64,000 bases of DNA from a virus. Below are positions 39,002 through 49,929 of the stretch, one piece after another. The translations under genes were made by a program, and so were the position numbers. Numbering within the stretch: the first letter of the stretch is position 1; the number at the start of each line of letters is the position of its first letter. The notes under the pieces were generated by a model, which did not search any database, was not told the origin of the DNA, and was given only the letters and a program-made list of their open reading frames with translations. The DNA lies in the IMG/VR virus record IMGVR_UViG_3300027901_000002, positions 35,015 to 99,014 of that record. One strand, 5' to 3'.

Positions 39002-39495
39002 TGGTAACAATAGATAGAGTTATAAGATTTCTTGAAGACGTGATAAGAGGAGGAGTTAAGGCACGTGCAACCTCTGGAATAGAAAAGATTTTAAAATCAA
39101 ACATGAAATATAAAGTCTTCACTAGTGTTTTAGAAGACGTGTGGAATATACAAGACGCAGAAGAATTGCGTTCTCTTATTAAAACTGGTTCTGAACCTAC
39201 AATTAGAGGTACTTACAACGAACAGTATAAAAAATGGAAGAAAAGATACGCACCATTTCCTCACGTTGTAAGTGGAAAGTTAAAAAGAGGAACGAACGTT
39301 TCAATTGTTGGTGATAAGGTAGTTCTTTCTATACCTGCTTCTGCAAGTACAGCCACTAGAAAATCTCACGTCTACAATTTTGGCCCGATTCACGAGGCGC
39401 GTAAATCTATTTTAAAATCTACCGTTGCTTTTTCGTGGCAAGAAATAAGGAATAGAATTAGAAACACATATAAAAGAGCGTTAGAAAGAGCATGA
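39001..39495 (+). CDS. Virion morphogenesis/tail completion-like protein
   Basis: Basic; YKKWKKR...SGKLKRG pattern. Confidence 0.5.
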   Translation: MVTIDRVIRFLEDVIRGGVKARATSGIEKILKSNMKYKVFTSVLEDVWNIQDAEELRSLIKTGSEPTIRGTYNEQYKKWKKRYAPFPHVVSGKLKRGTNVSIVGDKVVLSIPASASTATRKSHVYNFGPIHEARKSILKSTVAFSWQEIRNRIRNTYKRALERA

Positions 39496-39821
39496 AAAGA
39501 ACTTTTCACTTTAAAAATGCGGCTAAATTTCTTAAATATAGAGAAGATTTAGTTAAAAAGAAAAGGTTAGGATGGGAAGACAGTTGGGCGACTGACAAGA
39601 ATTGGCAACGCAAAACTTTAAACGATGTTTTTGTTTGTAAATGGTGTGCTGGTAAAATGTACGCCGCTGAATTTAGAAATGGTTCTCTTATAATGTCTTG
39701 TCGAACGCCATTGTGTCCTGGTAATATAGATCACGAAGCAAAAAACATACACGAGTTGTCAAAAGTTGACGTTAGAAAGTTAACTAATCAATATTTTTTC
39801 AACTCGATGTTGCGCTTTTAA
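39492..39821 (+). CDS. Zn-finger hypothetical protein
   Basis: CKWC...CRTPLC. Confidence 0.6.
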   Translation: MKRTFHFKNAAKFLKYREDLVKKKRLGWEDSWATDKNWQRKTLNDVFVCKWCAGKMYAAEFRNGSLIMSCRTPLCPGNIDHEAKNIHELSKVDVRKLTNQYFFNSMLRF

Positions 39822-39830
39822 TATCACACA

Positions 39831-39871
39831 TTTATAAACTATAAAAATATACCTAAAGTAAGTAAAGGTGA
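39831..39871 (+). promoter_or_regulatory. TATA box and GGTGA SD for the head module
   Basis: TTTATAAA 39831-39838; GGTGA 39867-39871; GTG 39879. Confidence 0.55.
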
Positions 39872-39878
39872 TAATAGA

Positions 39879-40907
39879 GTGGAAGATTTTCAAATTGATT
39901 TTTCATTGGAAAACTTTGAAGAAACAGAAGATAAGTTTATTTTCACAGCAAAATCAATAACAAAAGACTTTGTTTGTGAAAAGGGATTGAAAAGATTGGC
40001 TAGTGATTCTCCAGGTAAACACCTTGTTTGGAGACATGAACATCCAATAATTCCAAAATATAAATCCACTCACATATTTGGACGTGTGTTGGAATCTAAT
40101 GTAGAGGATGGTTATATCGTTAGTAGATACGAAGCGTATAAACATACCACAGACCATAAAAAAGCGATAGAAGACATTAAGCTACGAAAAAAAATCGAAA
40201 AACCTCTTTCGATTTCGATGCGATACAGACAATATGGAAAGGAAAACCCAACGCATTTTGATGTATTAGAACATTCGTTAACTCCTACACCCGCATGTAA
40301 AGAATGTGTAGTAATAGATATTCAAAACGAGAGGGACAAAATGGATAAAGAACAAATTGAAAAAAGAATTAAGGAGTTAGAAGATGAGCTGACTAAAAAA
40401 GACAAAACACTAGAGGAACTTGAATCGAAGATTGTTACTCTTGAGAAAGAATCGGAAACAAAAGACGAAGACATAAAAGCAAAAGACAAAGAACTCGAAG
40501 ATTCAAAATCTGAAAACGATAAAATTGTCGAACAATTACTTGAGTTTAAAGACAAGCTAAACGAACAAAAAGACATGATCGATAAATTAAATTCTGATTT
40601 AAAATTCAAAGAAGTTGAACCTTTAATCAATCAATTGGTTGAATTAGATGGCAACGAAATGAGAGATCTTTACTTAATGAAAGTCAAACAAGACTTTGAG
40701 AAAGGAAAAGAATTTCTTATGGAAAGAATCGATGAATTAGAAAAGAGAGGAGACGTTCATGCTGTAACAGAAGATTTAGCTGAAACTGCAAATAAGGCAA
40801 TTGGAGACGAATCGTTAGAAGAAGACGAAAAGACGAGGAAGAAACGAGACAAATCAGCTTTTGCAAATATGCCAATAGAATTTTTCAAAAAAAGAGATGG
40901 TGAATAA
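39879..40907 (+). CDS. Prohead protease fused to coiled-coil scaffold
   Basis: WRHEH..FGRV, LSISM and EHSLTPTPAC protease-like motifs, followed by an acidic coiled coil. Confidence 0.75.
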   Translation: MEDFQIDFSLENFEETEDKFIFTAKSITKDFVCEKGLKRLASDSPGKHLVWRHEHPIIPKYKSTHIFGRVLESNVEDGYIVSRYEAYKHTTDHKKAIEDIKLRKKIEKPLSISMRYRQYGKENPTHFDVLEHSLTPTPACKECVVIDIQNERDKMDKEQIEKRIKELEDELTKKDKTLEELESKIVTLEKESETKDEDIKAKDKELEDSKSENDKIVEQLLEFKDKLNEQKDMIDKLNSDLKFKEVEPLINQLVELDGNEMRDLYLMKVKQDFEKGKEFLMERIDELEKRGDVHAVTEDLAETANKAIGDESLEEDEKTRKKRDKSAFANMPIEFFKKRDGE

Positions 40908-40911
40908 ATAA

Positions 40912-41430
40912 ATGCCACAATATGATGCGTATACAACCTTTTTTAAGGAACATACTCAAGCTTTAAGCAAGGGCAGGTTTTGGCTTGACGAACAATCAAG
41001 CTGCACGCTAGGCGAATCAATGAAGCTTCACCCGACTTTAACTGGATACATTCAAACTCCGATTAAGAAAAGAAGAATAACTCGATACAGTAATGCAACC
41101 CCTGGTGCTGAAGAAGTTATTGGCGTTTCTCTTGATATAAGACACGTCAGTTCTGGTATTACAAATGACGAACGTATAATGAGACCTGATTATTATTTTC
41201 CACGGGAGATTACCGTTATGCAAATTGGAATTTGTCCTATTGTAAACACGGCGACTGGTTACGTTGCTCAAATTAATGATAAAGCAGTTTCTGCTTTGTT
41301 AGGAGCTCAATCAATAAACGCTCCAGGAGTAGCAACTGGTGCTGGTTACACATTAGGAAAATGGTTGCAAAGAACTCCTGCGCAAGAACCAGGTTTAGTT
41401 TACGTTAATCCACAGTTGGAGGTGTTGTAA
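40912..41430 (+). CDS. Putative head decoration/cement protein
   Basis: Position between scaffold and MCP; VIGVS..ITVMQIG. Confidence 0.55.
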   Translation: MPQYDAYTTFFKEHTQALSKGRFWLDEQSSCTLGESMKLHPTLTGYIQTPIKKRRITRYSNATPGAEEVIGVSLDIRHVSSGITNDERIMRPDYYFPREITVMQIGICPIVNTATGYVAQINDKAVSALLGAQSINAPGVATGAGYTLGKWLQRTPAQEPGLVYVNPQLEVL

Positions 41431-41432
41431 AT

Positions 41433-42554
41433 ATGTCGTTCAATTGGAATAACTTACAAGACCCAGCATTAATACCTACTTGGTTGTATCAGAGATATAT
41501 CGAAGCTATTGACTTTTTCGATGAAGAATGGAAACCTATGATGACACGCTTTATGCCAAAAAGACCAGCTCCAGGCCCTGGTTCTAAGAAACACTTTAGT
41601 CTACCATGGTTAGCAGATCCACAAGGCATGGCTAGATTCCACGACGCTCGAGAACGAGTCGAAATGATGGGGCCTCCTCACATTGAAGGAATATCCTATA
41701 GTGCGAGAACCATTAAAAATGGATACCCTGAAGACCTTGAGGAATTCGAGGAAGACTTTTCTCACGGCGTAATTCAATCTAAGCGCCTAATGATGGATAG
41801 AAACTTAGTGAGATTCATAAATAGAACGATCGAATTTACTTTAACTCGTTATGTCTATGGAGATCCTACCGTGATGGCTACTTTCTCTAACCAAACTTTG
41901 GACAGGCAAGCTTACGCTAACATTAGAACTGGTACTTTTAGAGGTGCCGCAGATGCCCACTTAGGTGGAGTTTCTTGGGACAACGCTTCTGCAAACATCT
42001 TTAAAGATTTAAACTATCTAAAAGACCGATACGAACTAATGGCTGGCGAAGAGCCTACTTTCTTAGCAATAGGTCGTGTAACTACAAGATCGATGGAAGA
42101 CAACAATGGATTGTTAAACCGATTAATTCAAATTAAAGACACCACACAAGGAGTCTTAGGTGCCGCAATTCAAGGTCTTACAATCACTAGAGTAGTTGGA
42201 CAAACCTACAAAGAAATTCCTGGAATAAGCACAGATAGAGAAGGATATCCTGGTCGCGGTGATTACCTAAGACAAACCTGGAATAGATTAAATAAAATCG
42301 ATATGATGACCACGGTTTATGCTTCTGGTAGATGGGAATGGGGATTAATTTCTGATGGCAATTTAGGTTATACTGCTTGTGCATGGGTACACAAACTTCA
42401 TCAACAGCAAAGGGCAAGCCCAACAGAAATGTTTGTTAGGCAATTTACGGAGCACGATCCTTTAGAAGTCAAAAATACTGCAGCTATATCTGTAACTCCT
42501 GTCGTGACAGACTTTGCTCACGCATTGAGACTTGACCAATTAGCAAAGCAATAA
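41433..42554 (+). CDS. Major capsid protein (HK97 fold)
   Basis: Position, 373-aa size, SWDNASANIFKDL..GEEPTFLAIG similar to gpE-type MCPs. Confidence 0.75.
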   Translation: MSFNWNNLQDPALIPTWLYQRYIEAIDFFDEEWKPMMTRFMPKRPAPGPGSKKHFSLPWLADPQGMARFHDARERVEMMGPPHIEGISYSARTIKNGYPEDLEEFEEDFSHGVIQSKRLMMDRNLVRFINRTIEFTLTRYVYGDPTVMATFSNQTLDRQAYANIRTGTFRGAADAHLGGVSWDNASANIFKDLNYLKDRYELMAGEEPTFLAIGRVTTRSMEDNNGLLNRLIQIKDTTQGVLGAAIQGLTITRVVGQTYKEIPGISTDREGYPGRGDYLRQTWNRLNKIDMMTTVYASGRWEWGLISDGNLGYTACAWVHKLHQQQRASPTEMFVRQFTEHDPLEVKNTAAISVTPVVTDFAHALRLDQLAKQ

Positions 42555-42562
42555 GTAGAATT

Positions 42563-43177
42563 GTGATGTCGTCAGTAGAAAAATATGCCACAAAAGAGGA
42601 TATAATCTACTTTGTAAAAATGTTCGATGATGGATTCGACGAAGAAAAAGTAGACGATAGACTCTTAAAAATGACCAACTCTAAAATAGACTCATGGATA
42701 ATAGAGCACTCTAAAAGACCAGTTAACATTCAAGACCGCTTCAACCTTTTATGGTCTGCGGCTGTTTGTTTTTGTTTAGAATTGCTTTGTTATAGTGGAG
42801 ATCTTGCTTGGTCAACAGGAGACGTGGCTTTACAACGAATGAATCGAGCCACCTACGCTTTTCAGAGGTGGCAACCAATGTTTTTCTTTGCTACGGGCGC
42901 TTCAGACCCGTTCAAAGGATTACTGCCACACGAAAGTTATCGTATGATGGCTTACGCCTACGTAGAAGCATATTGCCGTGACGATTTTTTTAAGGAATAC
43001 GGCACTCCATATCCACTTCCAAGAGTTACATTTGACAACACTTCAAGAGGTTTTAATTGGAATCTCGAACATGATTACAAGAAAATTGCGGATTACGAAA
43101 GTCAATACGCTGGATTAACTGGTGGTGTTGGCTTGGCAGATATAACAGAATACGATTTTGATGAAGGGCCTTTGTAA
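42563..43177 (+). CDS. Head-tail adaptor
   Basis: Follows the MCP; YATKEDI N-terminal motif. Confidence 0.6.
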   Translation: MMSSVEKYATKEDIIYFVKMFDDGFDEEKVDDRLLKMTNSKIDSWIIEHSKRPVNIQDRFNLLWSAAVCFCLELLCYSGDLAWSTGDVALQRMNRATYAFQRWQPMFFFATGASDPFKGLLPHESYRMMAYAYVEAYCRDDFFKEYGTPYPLPRVTFDNTSRGFNWNLEHDYKKIADYESQYAGLTGGVGLADITEYDFDEGPL

Positions 43178-43536
43178 TGTTTAAAACACAAAAAATGTTT
43201 GAAGAAAACATAACGATTATAAACGAAAGTTCTCCAGCAAGAGCAAGCGGGGGAATAGCGGTTATAACGGAAGGATCTTCAACAACTATAAAAGCAGTTG
43301 TTATGCCAGATTTAGATTCTTACGCAGAACCTCGAAAAGAAGGTCAATACAATTACGAGCGTTTGTTCGCTCAAGTAAGAAAAAGCGAAATGGATAGGGT
43401 TAATTTAGTAAAAGGAAAAACCAAACTAATTTGGAACGGTTTGGAATATAAAATAGTGAACATCATAGATTACACGAGCAAAAAATTGTTTCAAAACGCA
43501 GAAATAGAGGCAAGAAGAAAAATTGACGTTGACTGA
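43177..43536 (+). CDS. Head closure protein
   Basis: Synteny; LIWNGLEYKIVNI motif. Confidence 0.6.
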   Translation: MFKTQKMFEENITIINESSPARASGGIAVITEGSSTTIKAVVMPDLDSYAEPRKEGQYNYERLFAQVRKSEMDRVNLVKGKTKLIWNGLEYKIVNIIDYTSKKLFQNAEIEARRKIDVD

Positions 43537-44122
43537 ATCGCAAAAAGGACAATTAATAGAAGATCTGCAAAATAAAGTCGATTACGAATACAATTCTTGG
43601 TCTCCAAGTATAAATATTTGGAGAGCTGGAGAAGGATACGAAAGAGAACTTCCTTGCGTTGTTGTTGATTTTATAGGTAGCGAAGGCGCTATGTTTCGCT
43701 CGTTTGCAGATTGGGTAGGTTTAATTGACGATTTAAGGCACGAACATGCCTTTTGTGAGAGAGAGTTAGTCAATATTACCGTATATGCTGGAAAATATCA
43801 CAATAGCGGTGCTATAAGAGGAAGAGATTACGCTTCAGAAATAATTCACCGTATAAGAACTAGGATATTAGCGTATTGGAACGATCTCTTATATAATTTT
43901 AACGCTTCAATAGATAGGTCTTTTGACATGCCTATTAGAGATCTAACGATGTTCCAAGAAGACGTAGCAACAAAAGTGCATGAATTTGATTTAAACGTTC
44001 GTTTAAGAACGGACGTAAGGTGGTACAAAACATTACCACAAGGAGCAGATGCAGAAGAAAGAGCTGAAAAGGCTTATATAATTATGAATAATAAAAACAA
44101 CATTAGAATAAACACGAGTTGA
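43523..44122 (+). CDS. Tail terminator-like protein
   Basis: Synteny; LPCVVV motif. Confidence 0.5.
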   Translation: MTLTESQKGQLIEDLQNKVDYEYNSWSPSINIWRAGEGYERELPCVVVDFIGSEGAMFRSFADWVGLIDDLRHEHAFCERELVNITVYAGKYHNSGAIRGRDYASEIIHRIRTRILAYWNDLLYNFNASIDRSFDMPIRDLTMFQEDVATKVHEFDLNVRLRTDVRWYKTLPQGADAEERAEKAYIIMNNKNNIRINTS

Positions 44123-44127
44123 ATTAA

Positions 44128-45561
44128 ATGGGTGAATATTTAACAATAATTTGGGACGCAGAAACACCATCTGCCGCAACTGTCCCCTGGGATAATTGTA
44201 TGTTAGTAGTTCACGGAAGCGAAGCTAGTCTCTCTTCAACAAAAGTTATTGCTTGTACTGCAGACGATTGGAGTACAATTCTAGCGAACGAAGGCTTTGG
44301 CGCTTCTTCACAAGCATATAAATCGACCGCAAATTTCTTTTCTGCAAGTCCAACTCCTGGCTCTACATTATACGTTTTAGCGTTAGTTAGTGGAACAGTA
44401 GATATTTATCAAGACACTCCAATGGAGAAAATAACAGAAAGTCTTTACGAGACGCCAGTTAAACCTCCTTTAGGATTTTATGGAACTCAGCAAGTTAAAT
44501 ATTTTCCAGTAGCAGAAAATACAGGTTATTGGATTAATAAACAAGATGGTTCTCAAGGACTTGGTTTCACTTTACAAACAGATGGAGCAGGAAACTGGAA
44601 CGGTAGAATAAATTTCAATAATGGTTTATCTGGAACTGTGATAGACAATCCACCAAGAACTGGTTCTAAAATAACTTGTTCTTTTAGGGTTGGAAGCGCA
44701 ACGGCTGAAGTTAGCCAAAATATAGAACTGTACAATATAAACATGTTGGCTACAGCTTACCAAAATAGTAAATCAATGACTAATTTCACTGGTTCTAACA
44801 CTTTTTACGGTAGTCAAGCAGAAGACCTAATGAGGTTTACAAATGCTATTGCTGGTAAAAATTGTTTATTTTTCTGGAATTTACCAGGAAATGCAGCAGT
44901 TGGGTCTAGTGGAGTTGGAATAAGCGTTAATTGGGAAAATCTTCGTAATTTCATCGGTGCTAGGGAAGATGTTGCTTTAATTAAAGCCAAGCCAAGCTCT
45001 TCAAATCACGATATGGCAGCAGGATATTTAGGAATGACGGCTGGAACTCATCCTCACAAAACAATGAGTTTTGCACAGCCACACATGGGAATTCAAGAAG
45101 AAGAAAGTAAAATTAAAAGAACTTTCTGGAACGCTGGACAGATTGCTTCTCCAATGGAGAGAAGAGAATTATCTGGAAATCCTTTCTTAATCAGTCACGG
45201 ATTTACTCTTGGTGCTGGTTATTCTTCGAGAATTAACTACGTTCGATGTAAATATATTATCAGTCAAAATCTCGTAAATGGACTTTGGGCGCTACTTGCG
45301 TCTAGGGATGTTAGAATGTCTTACGCTGGTATGCAATTAGTAAGAAATAAAATAGCAGGAATATTCAAAACTTTACAAGACCAAGGAATACATGATGGTC
45401 TTGCGTATATTAATATTCCAGTAGAAAACGATTTACTGAACAATACAGCCGCAGGACAAGCCGCAAGAGCAGCGAGAGAAATTCCATCAATTGAGATTGG
45501 GTTTTACTGGTATAGTAGTTTAGAAAAAATTACAATAACGGGAATTAGAAACGAGGCGTAA
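44128..45561 (+). CDS. Contractile tail sheath protein
   Basis: YKSTANFFSASPTP; C-terminal YAGMQLV...AARAAREIPSIEI..SSLEKITITG (DUF3383-type sheath). Confidence 0.75.
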   Translation: MGEYLTIIWDAETPSAATVPWDNCMLVVHGSEASLSSTKVIACTADDWSTILANEGFGASSQAYKSTANFFSASPTPGSTLYVLALVSGTVDIYQDTPMEKITESLYETPVKPPLGFYGTQQVKYFPVAENTGYWINKQDGSQGLGFTLQTDGAGNWNGRINFNNGLSGTVIDNPPRTGSKITCSFRVGSATAEVSQNIELYNINMLATAYQNSKSMTNFTGSNTFYGSQAEDLMRFTNAIAGKNCLFFWNLPGNAAVGSSGVGISVNWENLRNFIGAREDVALIKAKPSSSNHDMAAGYLGMTAGTHPHKTMSFAQPHMGIQEEESKIKRTFWNAGQIASPMERRELSGNPFLISHGFTLGAGYSSRINYVRCKYIISQNLVNGLWALLASRDVRMSYAGMQLVRNKIAGIFKTLQDQGIHDGLAYINIPVENDLLNNTAAGQAARAAREIPSIEIGFYWYSSLEKITITGIRNEA

Positions 45562-45566
45562 TTAAA

Positions 45567-46127
45567 ATGGTAGAACCTGTGTTATCTGACAATTACAAAA
45601 CTTGGGACGTTAGGTTATCTTGGCTTGTTACTTACCCTTCAAGGTTGTTTAGTCCTGGTACTGTTGAAACTGCAAATTTTGAGATTTACGGAACAGATAG
45701 AAGTTCCTTAACTATCAACAGACCATTAACTAGAATAAGTTCTCTTGAACAATACAACCAAGGTTATCAAGATGGCGTACCAGATATAAGAGTAAGCATA
45801 TTTACTAAAGAATCTGGTGAAAACTTCGAAAAGATGAGACGACTCGCCGCGAGTAAAATTCCTTTTGATGTTACTCTTAATTTAGCTTCAGATCCAGTGG
45901 ATGGAAACGACTTTGGTAACAATCCACACGAAGGGATTTGGATTGAGGGCTACGAAGAATTTTTAGGGTGTAGAGTAACAACTGAAAGAACAAACTACAA
46001 TATAGCTGAATTTCCAGTTCGTGAATTTGAGTGTATGGCTTTGAGACACATTATTAAAGAAACTGACGACTTTTACTCGATGATTGAAGGAGATGGAACT
46101 TACGCAACAAGCTGGCCAAGCAAGTAG
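45567..46127 (+). CDS. Tail tube protein
   Basis: Follows the sheath; size. Confidence 0.6.
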   Translation: MVEPVLSDNYKTWDVRLSWLVTYPSRLFSPGTVETANFEIYGTDRSSLTINRPLTRISSLEQYNQGYQDGVPDIRVSIFTKESGENFEKMRRLAASKIPFDVTLNLASDPVDGNDFGNNPHEGIWIEGYEEFLGCRVTTERTNYNIAEFPVREFECMALRHIIKETDDFYSMIEGDGTYATSWPSK

Positions 46128-46136
46128 TGAATAAAA

Positions 46137-46757
46137 ATGCTGAAGCATATAACTTTGGGGACTAAAGAAGTATTCTATTATAACTACAATGGGGAGAGCT
46201 TACCTCTCCGACCTATTTCTAGTTTTGAACTAGACCAGTGTTTTTATAATAGTCTAGTGTTCGCCGAAGAAGAAGTAAGTGAACTTGTAGTTAAGCTCAA
46301 ACTGAGTTTAATCGATCCTAAATCGAAAATCGACATAAATAATAAAAAATACGCAGACTTAAAAAAGTTCTACGACTTAATTGATTATTGGATAGTTTAT
46401 TATTCTATGAAAGATTTTCAAGACGAGGATTTCTCTAAACCTAAGAACGGAATTCCTTCAGGATTTCTTCTTGTTAAAAAAATGAATGATATACACAAAA
46501 TAGCAAAAACTATTTTGCACTCTTCTTATCAACCAAAAGAAGTTATAGAAGAAATTATTAAGGATGGTAGTGGAAAGTTAATTGCAAAAATTGTTTTTAA
46601 TTTAAACGTTCCGCTTGCTGAATTTTCAAAAATTACAAAACTTCAAAGAGATTTTCTTGTCTTGTCGAAAATAGATTTAGAAAAACCAATACCGCATATA
46701 ATTTCCAAAACTGGAGATAAAGTTTCGTTTAGAGACGTGTTGAGGGGAATGGTATAA
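46137..46757 (+). CDS. Putative tail assembly chaperone
   Basis: Lies between tube and tape measure; LRPIS motif. Confidence 0.5.
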   Translation: MLKHITLGTKEVFYYNYNGESLPLRPISSFELDQCFYNSLVFAEEEVSELVVKLKLSLIDPKSKIDINNKKYADLKKFYDLIDYWIVYYSMKDFQDEDFSKPKNGIPSGFLLVKKMNDIHKIAKTILHSSYQPKEVIEEIIKDGSGKLIAKIVFNLNVPLAEFSKITKLQRDFLVLSKIDLEKPIPHIISKTGDKVSFRDVLRGMV

Positions 46758-48616
46758 TGTCCCAACCAATAGATGAATTAATGATATCTGTTGCGATCCA
46801 AGAAGGATCGAACTTAGAAGAATTGTACGAAATGTTGAAAGAAATTCAACAAACTGGTAAAATTAAGATAGAAATGCCAGACGTACCTACTAAACAACAA
46901 ATTACGAGAATACAAGCGAGAATTACAGAAACAACTAATAACATAATTAAATTGTTAAAAACTTTTCCAAATTTATGGGAAAGTATAAAAGACATTCTCT
47001 TAAAAAACATAGAGTCTTTAACTAAACTAGTAGAAGTAATCGACATAACAACGGAAGACATTAAAGATAAGATTGTTGATATTAAATATTTATCAGAAAC
47101 GACACACGATAACGTTCTTAATTTAATTTCAGAAGTAGCAAAATTAGAACCTATACCAGACGACGTAAAACAAATTCTTATTAAGTTAAACGACACTTTG
47201 AAAATTTTAAGTACTCCAAGAGCCGATGTTGATTTATCTGACATTACAGAAAGATTAGATGATATAAAAGATCAGTGTGTGGTAGAACCAATCAATAAAA
47301 TAATTGATTTGATTAAAAATATAATAGAACGCAAGCTACCAGGAATTGCAAGAAGAATCACTAATCAGACTAAACAAATTGAAACTAAAATCGACGAAAT
47401 GATGGATCACGTCACAAAAATAAAAGACGATGCGTTCGAACAAGTCGATCTTTTACACCAAGCGCTTCAATCTGTAATAGTTGGTATTGTAGACAAAAAT
47501 CAATCTATGTTTGATGAATTAAAGGAAAACTTAGACGAATTAACTACGCAATTAAGAGGTACAGATAATTTAATTGTAAACGAATTCACTCTTCTTATCG
47601 ATAATTTACAAGATTTGTTAGATTCAGCGATAATGACTTACGCAGACGAGTTAGTGAGAATAGAAAACGAACTCCTTACTACCGTAGAGGAACAAATGCA
47701 AGAAATAGGAGGTTTATACAACCAAAATTTAAATCTTCAATTAGAAAATTTACACGAAACATTAAAATTACACGAAAAACTACAAGAAAAAATAATAAAA
47801 GAAGCGGACGAATTTGCTAGTGTAACGGAAGCTTTACTTGAAATTTCTAACGCAATTAATACTGATTTGTCGTTTGCTATTAACGAAGTTAAAAACACAA
47901 TAGAACAAATTTTAACAGACATGTGGCTTATTCAAACAACTGGTGGAGAAGCAAAGGAACGTATAATAACTAAATTAATAAATATAGAAAGAGAAGAACC
48001 TACTATTTTAACTAGACCGTTTGAAGCACCAGAAGAAGAAATACCTGATATTATGAGACCAACTACTGAAGTAGTAGAAAAAACTACAGTTTTAACTAAA
48101 CCAGTAGAAAGAGCAGAATTAGGGCCAATGTTTGACGTCGTGAGGTCTCTTATTAGAATTTTATCAACAACTGGTACAGCAGAAGAAGCCAAAGAAAAGT
48201 TTATACAAGACCCAAGAGTTGTTGCTGGAATAAGAGAAAGAGATATAACGCATACTCAAGAAATTATAAAATTATTAGAATTAACAGAAGTGAGCATAGC
48301 TTCTGATTCTCAAGATATTTTGAGAGCAATTATAGACGAAGTTATAGAGCCTTACTTCGAGAATCAAGATAATATTTCACAAAATGTTTCTGAAGGATTA
48401 GCAGAACAATTTAATAAAATTAGAGAAACTAAAGAAGAACTTTCTAGTGTAAGTGAAGATATAAGATATGTTGTTTCTAGGACGAAGGAAGTTCTTGAAA
48501 TTTTAAAGGAAGTTAAGGAAAAAACCGATACTATTAATAGGAAAACCGAAGACAAAACTTTAGAAGAAAAAAACATGGAAAAAGATAGTGGAAGAAAGAG
48601 AGTGTTGACTAAATAA
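46757..48616 (+). CDS. Tape-measure-like helical protein
   Basis: Position; long amphipathic acidic helices; IDELMISVAI N-terminus. Confidence 0.55.
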   Translation: MSQPIDELMISVAIQEGSNLEELYEMLKEIQQTGKIKIEMPDVPTKQQITRIQARITETTNNIIKLLKTFPNLWESIKDILLKNIESLTKLVEVIDITTEDIKDKIVDIKYLSETTHDNVLNLISEVAKLEPIPDDVKQILIKLNDTLKILSTPRADVDLSDITERLDDIKDQCVVEPINKIIDLIKNIIERKLPGIARRITNQTKQIETKIDEMMDHVTKIKDDAFEQVDLLHQALQSVIVGIVDKNQSMFDELKENLDELTTQLRGTDNLIVNEFTLLIDNLQDLLDSAIMTYADELVRIENELLTTVEEQMQEIGGLYNQNLNLQLENLHETLKLHEKLQEKIIKEADEFASVTEALLEISNAINTDLSFAINEVKNTIEQILTDMWLIQTTGGEAKERIITKLINIEREEPTILTRPFEAPEEEIPDIMRPTTEVVEKTTVLTKPVERAELGPMFDVVRSLIRILSTTGTAEEAKEKFIQDPRVVAGIRERDITHTQEIIKLLELTEVSIASDSQDILRAIIDEVIEPYFENQDNISQNVSEGLAEQFNKIRETKEELSSVSEDIRYVVSRTKEVLEILKEVKEKTDTINRKTEDKTLEEKNMEKDSGRKRVLTK

Positions 48617-49929
48617 TGCCAATAAGCGAAGAATACGATACTTGGAGAACTAGAATAGCAAATAGGTTATTTTATCAATACGGATTTAGTATGGCAAAAG
48701 CAGAACAAATTGCAAACAAAGTAGTTGATAGAGTTGCCGCAACTAGTGGTGGTGGTCTATGGACTGAATATTTTAATTACGGAGAACATCTTGCTAGTAA
48801 ATATACAACTTTAAGAGATTTTTATGGAGCTTTAAATAGTTATAGTTTTAAAATTGGAAAAAACGATTTAAGAAATTTAGTAAAGAAATTTAAGACACAA
48901 GGAGCAATAGAAGCAGTAAATAGTTTTGTTAAGCAATACACGCACCCCCAAGTTACAAGTTTAAGAGATTCTTTCAAAAAGATATATACTGGTGTAAAAA
49001 ATTCAAAAATTGCATTACAACTACAGTTGAAACAAAACTATCAACAATTAAAACAAAGAAAAACAGTTGGATTAGCAGTTTTAAGAACTAAAATGGCGGC
49101 TTTAGCAGCTCCACACGCAATTCTTAAAGTTTTATTTGGGTTATTTGGAGCGGTTTCAACTCTTACGGTTGGAAACGAAGTAACAATTGGTGTAATTCCT
49201 CTTGGTGGAATGGGTATTGATTCACCAGTTTCAGTTCAAAATATTGAAGTTGCACATTCAAACAAAATAGTAAAATTTAGAGCAGTTGGTTCTATTTTTT
49301 TAGCAAGCCAAATAGGCGGTAGAGACGCTATAAAAATAAGTGGAAAATTTACTGGCGAATTTAGGATGTATTGGTTAACTGCTTTATGGTTTTTAACGCT
49401 TGCTAGTCAAGGATATTTAGAGGCGTTTGATTTTGATTCTGAACTTGTTAATCAAATTGGTTCAAACGCAGATATGGCTCAAGGAATGTTTAGGGATGGA
49501 GCTGGACAATTAAAAGTGTTAGGAAAAATAAACAACGTTGTAACACAAAAACCAGCGTACGAAAAACACATGACTTATCCAGTTGTTACCAGTCACGAAA
49601 TACTTCCTAATTGTTACATAGAAACTTTTAGTTTTGAAGAAACTGTTGAAGGAAACAAAGACGTTATAACTTACGATTTGTTATTAAGAACTTACGAAGA
49701 GCCAGAAGAATTTTTAGCAGACAACGAACACACGATGTTTAGAGCTAAAAAAAGAACAAAAACCGAACAAGTTATAAACTTTGCTTTAAATTTTGGTTAT
49801 AGAATGTTGAAATACGTGAAAGAATCGTTGTTTGTTGACACTAATTCTTGGAAAGTAGAAAATTATTACAATGTAGACGCTTTAGATATAGGATTTACGT
49901 TTGGATTAGCTTTAATGGGTGGTTTGTAA
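48616..49929 (+). CDS. Tail tube initiator/baseplate hub-like protein A
   Basis: Position; C-terminal domain paralogous to the next gene. Confidence 0.5.
   Translation: MPISEEYDTWRTRIANRLFYQYGFSMAKAEQIANKVVDRVAATSGGGLWTEYFNYGEHLASKYTTLRDFYGALNSYSFKIGKNDLRNLVKKFKTQGAIEAVNSFVKQYTHPQVTSLRDSFKKIYTGVKNSKIALQLQLKQNYQQLKQRKTVGLAVLRTKMAALAAPHAILKVLFGLFGAVSTLTVGNEVTIGVIPLGGMGIDSPVSVQNIEVAHSNKIVKFRAVGSIFLASQIGGRDAIKISGKFTGEFRMYWLTALWFLTLASQGYLEAFDFDSELVNQIGSNADMAQGMFRDGAGQLKVLGKINNVVTQKPAYEKHMTYPVVTSHEILPNCYIETFSFEETVEGNKDVITYDLLLRTYEEPEEFLADNEHTMFRAKKRTKTEQVINFALNFGYRMLKYVKESLFVDTNSWKVENYYNVDALDIGFTFGLALMGGL

Noticed and set aside
46137-46800. Programmed frameshift in the tail assembly chaperone
   Set aside because: No convincing slippery site with an extended alternative frame; the next gene starts by TAATG overlap.
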